DNA of 64,000 nucleotides, taken from NCBI GenBank assembly GCA_963813335.1, contig CAWEYL010000001.1, forward strand, positions 617,568-681,567, written 5' to 3'. Shown here piece by piece: positions 26,303 through 34,853 of the stretch (the first letter of the stretch is position 1; each line of letters opens with the position of its first letter). Below the pieces are notes generated by a model. The model did no database searches and was not told the origin of the DNA. It saw only the letters and a list, made by a program, of their open reading frames with translations. This DNA comes from an uncultured Chloroflexia bacterium. Lineage in GTDB: Bacteria; Chloroflexota; Limnocylindria; Limnocylindrales; CSP1-4. Made by a program: the position numbers and the translations under genes.

Positions 26303-27286
26303 ATGCTCACCGACCAGAAGGCGGCCGGCTCGCCGGCCCAGACCCCCCACCACGCGCCGACGCCCGACGCCCTCGACCAGCTGATCTGCTACTTCGAGGG
26401 GCAGTTCGTCCCGATGGCGGACGCGAAGGTCAGCATCATGACCCACGCGTTCATGTACGGGACCGCGACCTTCGAGGGCATCCGCGCCTACTGGAACGAG
26501 GACCAGGGCGTCCTCTACGGGCTCAAGCTCCGCGAGCACGTGGAGCGGCTGCGCCAGTCGTGCCGGATCCTGCTGATGCGCGACGTCCCGTCGGTCGACG
26601 AGCTCACCGGGCTGATCGTCGAGACCGTGCGGCGCAACGGGTTCCGCCACGACGTCTACATCCGGCCGTCGTTCTACAAGTCGACCCGGGCCATCGGCGT
26701 GCGCCTGCACGACCTCGACAACGAGCTGTACATCATCGCCCTGCCGTTCGGGAACTACATCGACACCGAGGCCGGCGTCCGGATCATGACCTCGTCCTGG
26801 CGGCGCAATGCCGACGAGGCCCTGCCGGCGCGCGGCAAGATCGTCGGCGGCTACGTGAACATGGCCTTCCAGAAGACCGAGGCGGAACTCAACGGCTACG
26901 ACGAGGCGCTCGTCCTGACCGCCGGCGGCCACGTGAACGAGGCCTCGGCGGCCAACCTGTTCGTCGTCCGCGACGGCGTGGCGCTCACCCCGCCGGTCAG
27001 TGACGACCTGCTCGAAGGCGTCACCCGCAAGGCCATCATGGAGATCCTCAAGAACGAGGGGATCCCCGTCGAGGTCCGCTCGATCGACCGCTCCGAGCTC
27101 TACGTCGCGGACGAGGCGCTGCTGTGCGGCACCGGCGTCCAGATCTCACCGGTGATCGAGGTCGACCATCGGCCCGTCGGGGCCGGGACCATCGGGCCGA
27201 TCGCCCGGATCATCAGCGAGCGCTATTTCGACGCCGTGCGCGGACGGCTGCCCGAGTACGCGCACTGGCTCACGCCGATCAAGTAG
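26303..27286 (+). CDS. ilvE: branched-chain-amino-acid aminotransferase (class IV)
   Basis: Motifs FEGIRAY, RLRQSCRIL and VNEASAANLF. ATG 26303 has an AGGAG RBS 9 nt upstream, whereas the ORF-track ATG 26285 lacks one. Confidence 0.85.
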   Translation: MLTDQKAAGSPAQTPHHAPTPDALDQLICYFEGQFVPMADAKVSIMTHAFMYGTATFEGIRAYWNEDQGVLYGLKLREHVERLRQSCRILLMRDVPSVDELTGLIVETVRRNGFRHDVYIRPSFYKSTRAIGVRLHDLDNELYIIALPFGNYIDTEAGVRIMTSSWRRNADEALPARGKIVGGYVNMAFQKTEAELNGYDEALVLTAGGHVNEASAANLFVVRDGVALTPPVSDDLLEGVTRKAIMEILKNEGIPVEVRSIDRSELYVADEALLCGTGVQISPVIEVDHRPVGAGTIGPIARIISERYFDAVRGRLPEYAHWLTPIK

Positions 27287-27340
27287 CCGGCTGCGCGCGA
27301 GCCGCTGCGGCAGCGCCGGCCGCCGGTCAGGCGCCGAGGA

Positions 27341-29189
27341 TCAGGGACCGACCGGGGCGCTGAACTTGGGCGTGGCGCGCCCGATCGTGACGATGATGTC
27401 GGTCCGGATGGCCGGGTCCGTCGCCGTGGTGGACTGCACCTTGAAGCGCGACTCGAGGTACGCGATCGTGTCCGGGTACTTGTCCGCAGCGCCGTTGTAG
27501 ACCACGATCTTGGTGTCCGCGGGGACCGTGCCCGGCGCGCTCTGGCGTGGCGCGGACGCGGCGAGGCCGGCGTACTCGAGATACCCGGCGAGGTCCGCCG
27601 GCTGGGTGCGGTCGCTCAGGCCGCTGAGGACCCAGACCGCGGCGCCCTCGTTCGCGAGCTTCTCGCGCAGCGCCTCGTCCGCCGGGTTGGTCTTGAAGGC
27701 GTTCTTGACCGCGGTGCGGATCTTCGGGACGTTCGGCACGATGATGTAGCCGCGCGAGCTGTTGGGGAACTCCGTCTGGTAGAACGGTGGCGCGAACACG
27801 TACGAGCGGATGTCCTTGGTGTCGACCGACGAGGCCAGGCCCAGCAGGTCGTCGAGCTGGCTGACCGGGATGTCGGTGCGGACGGCCGACTTGAGCGCGG
27901 TCACGAGGTCGGTCAGGTGCGGGATCAGGAGCTGCGGGTCCGCCTGCTCGCGGAGCGACAGCAGGAGGCGCTGCTGGCGCTGCCCGCGGTCGAAGTCGTT
28001 CGACGAATGGCGTGAGCGGGCATAGCGCAGGGCCTGCATGCCGTCCATGTGCTGGATGCCGCTGGGGATGTAGACCCGCTCGAGCTGGCCGCCGATGCCC
28101 GGGTAGCGGTCGTCGGAGACCGGGACCTGGACGTTCACGGTGACGCCGCCGAGGGCGTCGACGACCTTCATGAACCCCTGGAAGTTGACCTCCACGAAGT
28201 ACTTGATGTCGAGGCCGTAGAGCTCGCCGAGCATCGCCTTGAGGCCGTTGTAGCCGCGGGTCGTGTTCGTGCCGGAGTAGAGGTCGGGGCGGTTGCGGAT
28301 GGCCGAGAACCAGCTGTTGACCTTGCCGCTGTAGGCGGACCCGAAGACGCTCCGCGCCGGCCCGGCGGGGATCGGCACGTCCACCGTGTCGCGCGGCAGG
28401 CTGAACATGGCGACCTGCTTGGCTCACCGGGTCGATCGACACGACGATCAGGGTGTCGGTGTTGTAGAAGCCCTGCTTCGGCCGCTGGTCGGCGCCGATC
28501 AGCAGGATGTTCAGCCGCGCCTTGCCGTCCCACGGCGGGATGCTGACCTGGGGCAGGGCGGAGCCGATCGCCGTCGGCAGCGGGGTCGGCGTGGGCGTGG
28601 CCGAGGCGTCGAGGCTGTCGCTCGCGCCGATCGAGTCGCTCGTGTCGGCCGACGAGTCCGGCGAATCGGAGGCATCGGCGGAGCAGACCGCGTCCGTGTC
28701 GCCGCCGACGAAGATGCACGGGCTGTCGAGCACGTCCATCGCGAGCACGTCGTAGCGGGCGACCGCGACGTGCGTGCCGGCCATGACCAGGATGACGGCG
28801 AGCAGCCCGGCGATCGACAGGGGGTTGCGCCGCAGTCGTCCGGGGCCGAGCCGGCCGTCGCCGCTCGCGTCGTGCGCGTTCAGGAACTCCGTGACGCGGT
28901 AGGCGTCGACGATCGCCACGATCCGATAGAGCAGGGCCAGCAGGTTGACGACGAAGACCGAGCTCAGGAAGAACGGGTTGAGCACGAGGCCCAGCAGGGC
29001 GATGCGATCCATCCGCAGGAGCAGCCCGGCCCCGAGCGCGATGGCGAGGATCGGGAACGCCGCGAATGCCAGCGCGCGCGCGAAGGCACCGGCGTAGGCG
29101 TGTCCGAGGCCGGGGAAGATCAGGGAAAGGAACGCGGCCGCGAACGGCGACCGGGCGCGCGGTCGCGCGTCCTTCTGCGTCTGTTGCAT
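27341..29189 (-). pseudogene. LytR-CpsA-Psr (LCP) family protein with an N-terminal multi-TM region, frame broken about 28418-28425
   Basis: The TM part and NILLIGAD...DTLIVVSIDPVS read in one frame. (K)QVAMFSLPRDTVDVPI and the rest read in ORF 27341-28408. One extra C in AGCCAAG explains the shift. Confidence 0.8.
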
Positions 29190-29196
29190 CGCGGGT

Positions 29197-29202
29197 AGGA
29201 TA
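29197..29202 (-). promoter_or_regulatory. candidate -10 box (TATCCT) 7 nt before the LCP ATG, implying a leaderless mRNA
   Basis: The minus strand reads TATCCTACCCGCGATG. There is no room for an RBS. Confidence 0.4.
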
Positions 29203-29272
29203 CTCGGACCCGCCGAATCGAGCGCCCGTCGGCCACTGGCGCGCCCGCCCACCCCGTCGCACCCGGAGATCG

Positions 29273-32200
29273 ATGTTCAACGCCGTCAGCTCGAAGCCGG
29301 ATCTCGTCGCCCAGGAGCACGAGATGCTGGCCCTGTGGCGGGAGCGCCGCACCTTCGCGCGGCTCCGCGCCCAGAACGCCGACGGCCCGCACTGGAGCTT
29401 CCTCGACGGCCCCATCACGGCCAACAACCCGATGGGCGTCCACCACGCCTGGGGCCGCGCGTACAAGGACCTCTACCAGCGCTTCCACGCGATGCTCGGC
29501 GAGCACCAGCGCTACCAGAACGGGTTCGACTGCCAGGGCCTCTGGGTGGAGGTCAACGTCGAGCGCGACCTCGGGTTCACCTCGAAGCGCGACATCGAGG
29601 CCTACGGCATCGACCGCTTCGTGACGCTGTGCAAGCAGCGGGTCCTGACCTACGCGGCCCGCCAGACCGAGCAGTCGGTCCGCCTCGGGATGTGGATGGA
29701 CTGGAACGACCCCGACGAGCTGCGCCGGCTCCACGACCTGCTCGGCGACGACCCGACCCGGGTCACGACCATCGAGGGCCCCGACGGCCCGGTCACCGAC
29801 ACCGTCGAGATGCTGGTCGGGCGGCTGGGCATGCCCGACACCGGGGGCTCGTACTTCACGTTCAGCAACGAGAACAACGACCTGATCTGGGGGTTCCTCG
29901 CCGAGTGCCACCGGCGCGGCTGGCTCTACAAGGGCCACGACACCATGCCGTGGTGCGGCCGCTGCGGGACCGGCCTCTCGCAGATGGAGCTCAACGAGGG
30001 CTACCAGGACCGCGAGGACCCGGGCCTCACGGTCCGTTTCCCGCTCACGGATCGGCCCGGCGAGGCGCTCCTCGTCTGGACGACCACCCCGTGGACGCTG
30101 ACCTCGAACGTCGCGGCGGCCGTCGGCGCGGACCTGCGCTACGTCCGCGTCCGCCAGGGCGACGACCGGTTCTGGCTCGCGAAGGGGACCCTCAAGACCG
30201 CGCTGCAGGGGCCGTTCGAGGTGGAGGACGAGGTCGCCGGCTCCGACCTCGTCGGCTGGCAGTACATCGGCCCGTTCGACGAGCTGCCGGCGGTCCGGGC
30301 CGCCTTCGCGGCGGGCACCCGCGACGACCCGTCGACGCCGTACAGGCACCGCGTCGTCGCCTGGGACGAGGTCGGCGAGGACGAGGGGACCGGGATCGTC
30401 CACGTCGCCCCGGGTTGCGGCGCCGAGGACTTCCAGCTGGGCAAGTCGCTCGGCCTGCCGGTCGTGGCGCCGATCGACGAGTCGGGGATCGTGGTCGAGG
30501 GGTTCGGGTCCCTGTCGGGCCGCGACGCCCGCGACGTCGCGGAGCCGATCGTCGAGCATCTCAAGCGCGAGGGCCGCTTCTACCGGCTCGAGCCGTACCT
30601 CCACCGCTACCCGCACTGCTGGCGCTGCGGGACGCCGCTGCTGTTCCGCCTCGTGGACGAGTGGTACATCAGCATGGGCCCGGTCTACGACCAGCCGCGC
30701 GAGACGCTGACCCCGGAGCAGGTCGACGCGAGCCTGCGCTACCAGATCATGGACGTGGTCGACACCATCGACTGGATCCCGGGCTTCGGGCTGGAGCGCG
30801 AGCTCGACTGGCTGCGCAACATGCACGACTGGATGATCAGCAAGAAGCGCTACTGGGGGCTGGCGCTGCCGATCTACGACTGCCCGGCGTGCGGGACCAT
30901 CGAGGTCATCGGCGGCCGCGACGAGCTGCACGAACGGGCGGTCGGCGGCTGGGAGGCGTTCGAGGGGCACACCCCGCACCGCCCCTGGGTCGATGCGGTG
31001 ACCATCGCCTGCCCGTCGTGCGGCGGTCCCGTCGAGCGGATCCGCGACGTCGGCAACCCCTGGCTGGACGCCGGGATCGTGCCGTTCTCGACGCTCCATT
31101 TCCGGGAGGACCAGGCGTACTGGGCGAAGTGGTTCCCGGCCGACTTCATCACCGAGAGCTTCCCCGGCCAGTTCCGCAACTGGTTCTACTCGATGCTCGC
31201 GATGTCGACGGTCCTCCGCCGCGAGCGGCCGTTCAAGACGATCTTCGGCTACGGCCTCGTCTTCGGCGAGGACGGCCGGCCGATGCACAAGTCGTGGGGC
31301 AACGCCATCGACTTCGACGAGGCCGCCGAGCGGATGGGTGTCGACGTCATGCGCTGGATGTTCGCCAAGGCGCGTCCCGAGGAGAACATCCTCTTCGGCT
31401 GGCACGCCGCGGACGAAGCCCGGCGCGAGCTGCTGGTGCTGTGGAACGTGTACGCGTTCTTCGTGACCTATGCGCGGCTGGCGGGCTGGACCCCGGGCGA
31501 CGGCGATGCGCGGCCGGTCGCCGAGCGCGGCGCGCTCGACCGCTGGATCCTGTCGCGCGCCGCCGGGACCGCGGCCGCCGTCGGGGAGCACCTGGCCGCG
31601 TTCGACGCGGTCGCGGCGACCCGCGAGCTCTCGGGCTTCATGGACGGCCTCTCGACCTGGTACCTGCGCCTGTCCCGCGAGCGGATGCGCCGCAACGACG
31701 ACCGGCGCGACCGCGCCGCCGCGTTCGCCACGCTGCATGAGGCGCTGCTGGGCACCGTCGGCATGCTCGCGCCGATCCTGCCGTTCCTGTCCGACACGAT
31801 CTACCGGAACCTCGTCGGCGACCTGGCGGAGCGACCCGAGTCGGTGCACCTTGGCCCGTGGCCGGCGGACGGCCTGGCCGCCCACCGCGACGTGCGGCTC
31901 GAGCGCGCGATGGCGGTCGCCCAGGACGCGGTCGACCTGGCCCGCACGCTCCGGAGCTCGGCCCGCATCCGCACCCGCCAGCCGCTGGCGCACGCCTGGC
32001 TGGCGCTCCCCGATCGCGGTCTCGACGTCGGGCCGGAGCTCCTCGCGATGATCGCCGACGAGATCAACGTCAAGCAGGTCTCGGTCATCGCCGACGACTC
32101 CGATCTCGTGGAGCGACGGGTCAAGCCGCTGCTGCCCAAGATCGGCAAGCGGCTCGGCTCCGCGATCCCGGCCGTCATGGCGGCGGCCCGCGACGGCTCG

Positions 32201-32617
32201 GCCAGCTTCCACGCGGACGGATCGGTGACCCTCGCCGGCGTCACGCTCGCGCCTGACGAGGTCGAGATCCAGGCCTCGCCGCGGCCCGGCACGGCCGTGG
32301 CCGACCAGGACGGCCTGGTGATGGTCATCGATACCGAGCTGACGCCCGGGCTGCGCGCCGAGGGCGACGCCCGCGAGCTCCAGCGCTCGATCCAGGACCT
32401 GCGCCGCGACGCCGGCCTCGAGCTCGACGACCGGATCGACCTGTGGATCGACGGGCTGGCGCCGGCCGTCGCCGCGCACCTTGACGCGGTGCTGCGCGAG
32501 ACGCTGGCCGTCGCCGTCGACGGTCCGGTCCCGCCGGACGTCACGGCGCGGGCCACGGTCGACCTCGAGCGGGCGCCGGTGGCCCTCGCCTTGCGCCGTC
32601 GCGTCGGCGACGGGTAG
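29273..32617 (+). CDS. ileS: isoleucine--tRNA ligase (long class I aaRS, IleRS-like)
   Basis: HIGH-like PMGVHHAWGR and KMSKS-like PMHKSWGN motifs, DWMISKKRYWGLALP, CPACG/CPSCGG zinc knuckles. Followed by lspA as in many bacteria. Confidence 0.8.
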   Translation: MFNAVSSKPDLVAQEHEMLALWRERRTFARLRAQNADGPHWSFLDGPITANNPMGVHHAWGRAYKDLYQRFHAMLGEHQRYQNGFDCQGLWVEVNVERDLGFTSKRDIEAYGIDRFVTLCKQRVLTYAARQTEQSVRLGMWMDWNDPDELRRLHDLLGDDPTRVTTIEGPDGPVTDTVEMLVGRLGMPDTGGSYFTFSNENNDLIWGFLAECHRRGWLYKGHDTMPWCGRCGTGLSQMELNEGYQDREDPGLTVRFPLTDRPGEALLVWTTTPWTLTSNVAAAVGADLRYVRVRQGDDRFWLAKGTLKTALQGPFEVEDEVAGSDLVGWQYIGPFDELPAVRAAFAAGTRDDPSTPYRHRVVAWDEVGEDEGTGIVHVAPGCGAEDFQLGKSLGLPVVAPIDESGIVVEGFGSLSGRDARDVAEPIVEHLKREGRFYRLEPYLHRYPHCWRCGTPLLFRLVDEWYISMGPVYDQPRETLTPEQVDASLRYQIMDVVDTIDWIPGFGLERELDWLRNMHDWMISKKRYWGLALPIYDCPACGTIEVIGGRDELHERAVGGWEAFEGHTPHRPWVDAVTIACPSCGGPVERIRDVGNPWLDAGIVPFSTLHFREDQAYWAKWFPADFITESFPGQFRNWFYSMLAMSTVLRRERPFKTIFGYGLVFGEDGRPMHKSWGNAIDFDEAAERMGVDVMRWMFAKARPEENILFGWHAADEARRELLVLWNVYAFFVTYARLAGWTPGDGDARPVAERGALDRWILSRAAGTAAAVGEHLAAFDAVAATRELSGFMDGLSTWYLRLSRERMRRNDDRRDRAAAFATLHEALLGTVGMLAPILPFLSDTIYRNLVGDLAERPESVHLGPWPADGLAAHRDVRLERAMAVAQDAVDLARTLRSSARIRTRQPLAHAWLALPDRGLDVGPELLAMIADEINVKQVSVIADDSDLVERRVKPLLPKIGKRLGSAIPAVMAAARDGSASFHADGSVTLAGVTLAPDEVEIQASPRPGTAVADQDGLVMVIDTELTPGLRAEGDARELQRSIQDLRRDAGLELDDRIDLWIDGLAPAVAAHLDAVLRETLAVAVDGPVPPDVTARATVDLERAPVALALRRRVGDG

Positions 32618-32621
32618 GCTC

Positions 32622-33239
32622 ATGACGGTCGAGGGTTCCGACCAGGGAGGCGATCTGCTGGAGCACGGGGAGGCGACGGGCACCACAGCCGCGCCGAGCG
32701 CGGCCGCCCCCGAGCGGACGGCCGCGCCCCGCGGGACTCCCCGCTGGCCGGTGTTCATCGGGCTCGCGGTCGGGATCGTCGTCCTCGACCAGCTGAGCAA
32801 GGTGTGGCTGGTGTGGAGGTTCTCGTCCCTGGATCCGGGCGAGGCCATCCAGGTCATCGGCGACTACCTGCGCCTGGTCTTCAGCCACAACTCCGGGGCG
32901 CTCTTCGGGATGTTCCGCGATCAGGCCCTGCTGTTCGGGCTGGTCTCGCTCGGGGTCGTGTCGCTGATCGTCTGGTACCACGCGCAGTCGGGCCGCAGCC
33001 TCTACATGTCCATCGCGCTCGGCCTGCTGCTCGGTGGCGCGATCGGCAACCTGCTCGACCGGTTCCGGCTCGGCTACGTCGTCGACTGGATCGACATGGG
33101 CATCGGCGACATCCGCTTCTGGACGTTCAACGTCGCCGACGCGGCGATCAGCACGGCGATCCTGCTGCTGATCGCGATGGCGGTCTTCCCGGCGGTGCTC
33201 CGGCTCGGCGGCGACGGGTCCGAGACGGCCGATGCCTGA
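32622..33239 (+). CDS. lspA: lipoprotein signal peptidase II
   Basis: Motifs LDQLSK, FSHNSGALFG, GNLLDR and FNVADAAI. Confidence 0.9.
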   Translation: MTVEGSDQGGDLLEHGEATGTTAAPSAAAPERTAAPRGTPRWPVFIGLAVGIVVLDQLSKVWLVWRFSSLDPGEAIQVIGDYLRLVFSHNSGALFGMFRDQALLFGLVSLGVVSLIVWYHAQSGRSLYMSIALGLLLGGAIGNLLDRFRLGYVVDWIDMGIGDIRFWTFNVADAAISTAILLLIAMAVFPAVLRLGGDGSETADA

Positions 33240-34191
33240 CGGCGCCGTGGCGGCCGGGCCCCGGACGCTCCGCGTGCCTGACGGCAAGGCGTCCCGCGTG
33301 GACCGCGTGGTCGCCGACGCGACCGGCCTGTCGCGGAGCTACGTCCAGAAGCTGATCTCCGACGGCCGGCTGACCGCCGACGGGCTGGCCCTCAAGTCGA
33401 ACGCGATCGTCCAGCCGGGGGCCGAGCTGCGACTCGACGTCCCGCCGGTCAGCGTGCCGGAGATCGCCCCGGCGCCCGAGATCCCGGTCCACGTCGTCTA
33501 CGAGGACGACGAGCTGCTGATCGTCGACAAGCCCTCCGGACTGGTGGTGCATCCTTCGCCGGGACACGCCGCGGACACGCTGGTCAACGCCCTCCTGGCC
33601 CGCGCCGATGGCTCGGAGTACGGCGGGATCGCCGGCGTCGCCCGGCCGGGGATCGTCCACCGCCTGGACCGTGACACGAGCGGGCTGCTGATGGTGGCCA
33701 AGGGCGATACCGCGCAGGCGTCCCTGATGGCCCAGCTCAAGGCGCGACGCATCAAGAAGACGTATCTCGCGCTGGTCCGCGGCTCGGTCTCGGCGGCGGC
33801 CGGCCGCATCGAGGCGCCGATCGGCCGCGACCCGAAGCACCGGACCCGGATGGCCGTCGTGACCGACGGACGGCCCTCGGTCACCGGCTACCGTGTCCGC
33901 GAGCGCTTCGAGGGCTGGACGCTCCTCGAGCTGGACCTGGTCACGGGCCGGACCCACCAGATCCGCGTCCACCTCGAGGCGATCGGCCATCCGGTGGCCG
34001 GCGATCCGGTCTACGGCGGGGCGATCTCGCGGCGCGGCCCGGACGGCCTCGGACGGCTGTTCCTGCACGCCTGGCGGCTCGAGCTGGCCGCGCCGTCTGA
34101 CGGGCATCTCATCCGCGCGACCGCGCCGCTCCCGCCCGAACTCGAGGGCGTCCTCGAGGGGCTTCGCGCCCAGACGGGGCCGGGCCGTTGA
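33232..34191 (+). CDS. rluD: RluA-family 23S rRNA pseudouridine synthase (RluD-like)
   Basis: S4 domain followed by HRLDRDTSGLLMVAKG and TGRTHQIRVHL. Confidence 0.9.
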   Translation: MPDGAVAAGPRTLRVPDGKASRVDRVVADATGLSRSYVQKLISDGRLTADGLALKSNAIVQPGAELRLDVPPVSVPEIAPAPEIPVHVVYEDDELLIVDKPSGLVVHPSPGHAADTLVNALLARADGSEYGGIAGVARPGIVHRLDRDTSGLLMVAKGDTAQASLMAQLKARRIKKTYLALVRGSVSAAAGRIEAPIGRDPKHRTRMAVVTDGRPSVTGYRVRERFEGWTLLELDLVTGRTHQIRVHLEAIGHPVAGDPVYGGAISRRGPDGLGRLFLHAWRLELAAPSDGHLIRATAPLPPELEGVLEGLRAQTGPGR

Positions 34192-34844
34192 CGGTCGATC
34201 CGACGTCCTCGACCGGGCCAGCGCCGACCGATGTCGTCGCCGGTGCGCCCGGCGCCCAGCTGGTGATCATCTCGGGGCCGAGCGGGGTGGGGAAGGACAC
34301 GATCATCGAGGCGCTCCGCGAGCGGCCGCGGGACCCGGACTACCACTACGTCGTCACCTGCACCACCCGCGCCCCGCGGCCCGGCGAGATCGACGGCGTC
34401 AGCTACCACTTCATGGACCGCGAGCGGTTCCTGGCCCTGCGCACCGCGGGCGGGCTGCTCGAGGCGAACGAGGTCCACGGCAACTGGTACGGCACGCCGC
34501 GTCAGGAGGTCCGCGACGCGCTCGCCGGCGGCCACGACGTGATCCTCAAGATCGACGTCCAGGGCGCCCAGCAGGTCAAGGAGCGGGTCGATGAGGCGCT
34601 GCTCGTCTTCATCGTCCCGCCGTCGATGGAGACGCTGTTCGGTCGGCTGCGCGCCCGCGCCACCGAGAGCGCCGATGAGCTCGAGCTGCGCCAGCGGAAC
34701 GCCGCCATCGAGCTCGCCCGACAGGAGGACTACGACCACGTCGTCGTCAACGAGGACGGCCAGGTCGAGCGGACCGCCCAGCGGATCGACGAGATCATCG
34801 CGGAGACGCACGCGCTCCATCCGGCGCGACGGGTCCGCGTCTAG
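34188..34844 (+). CDS. gmk: guanylate kinase
   Basis: P-loop SGPSGVGKDT and YHFMDRERF. TTG start overlapping the rluD stop. Confidence 0.9.
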   Translation: MTVDPTSSTGPAPTDVVAGAPGAQLVIISGPSGVGKDTIIEALRERPRDPDYHYVVTCTTRAPRPGEIDGVSYHFMDRERFLALRTAGGLLEANEVHGNWYGTPRQEVRDALAGGHDVILKIDVQGAQQVKERVDEALLVFIVPPSMETLFGRLRARATESADELELRQRNAAIELARQEDYDHVVVNEDGQVERTAQRIDEIIAETHALHPARRVRV

Positions 34845-34853
34845 GCGCGGGGC

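Noticed and set aside
29190-29272. A T-box or other leader upstream of ileS.
   Set aside because: Only 83 nt separate the divergent start codons, which is far too short for a T-box (about 200-300 nt). I saw no specifier, T-box or terminator elements.
32615-32620. TAGGCT as a -10 box for a leaderless lspA.
   Set aside because: The TAG is the ileS stop codon, and the hexamer ends 1 nt before the lspA ATG. That spacing is incompatible with a promoter. lspA is more likely co-transcribed with ileS.
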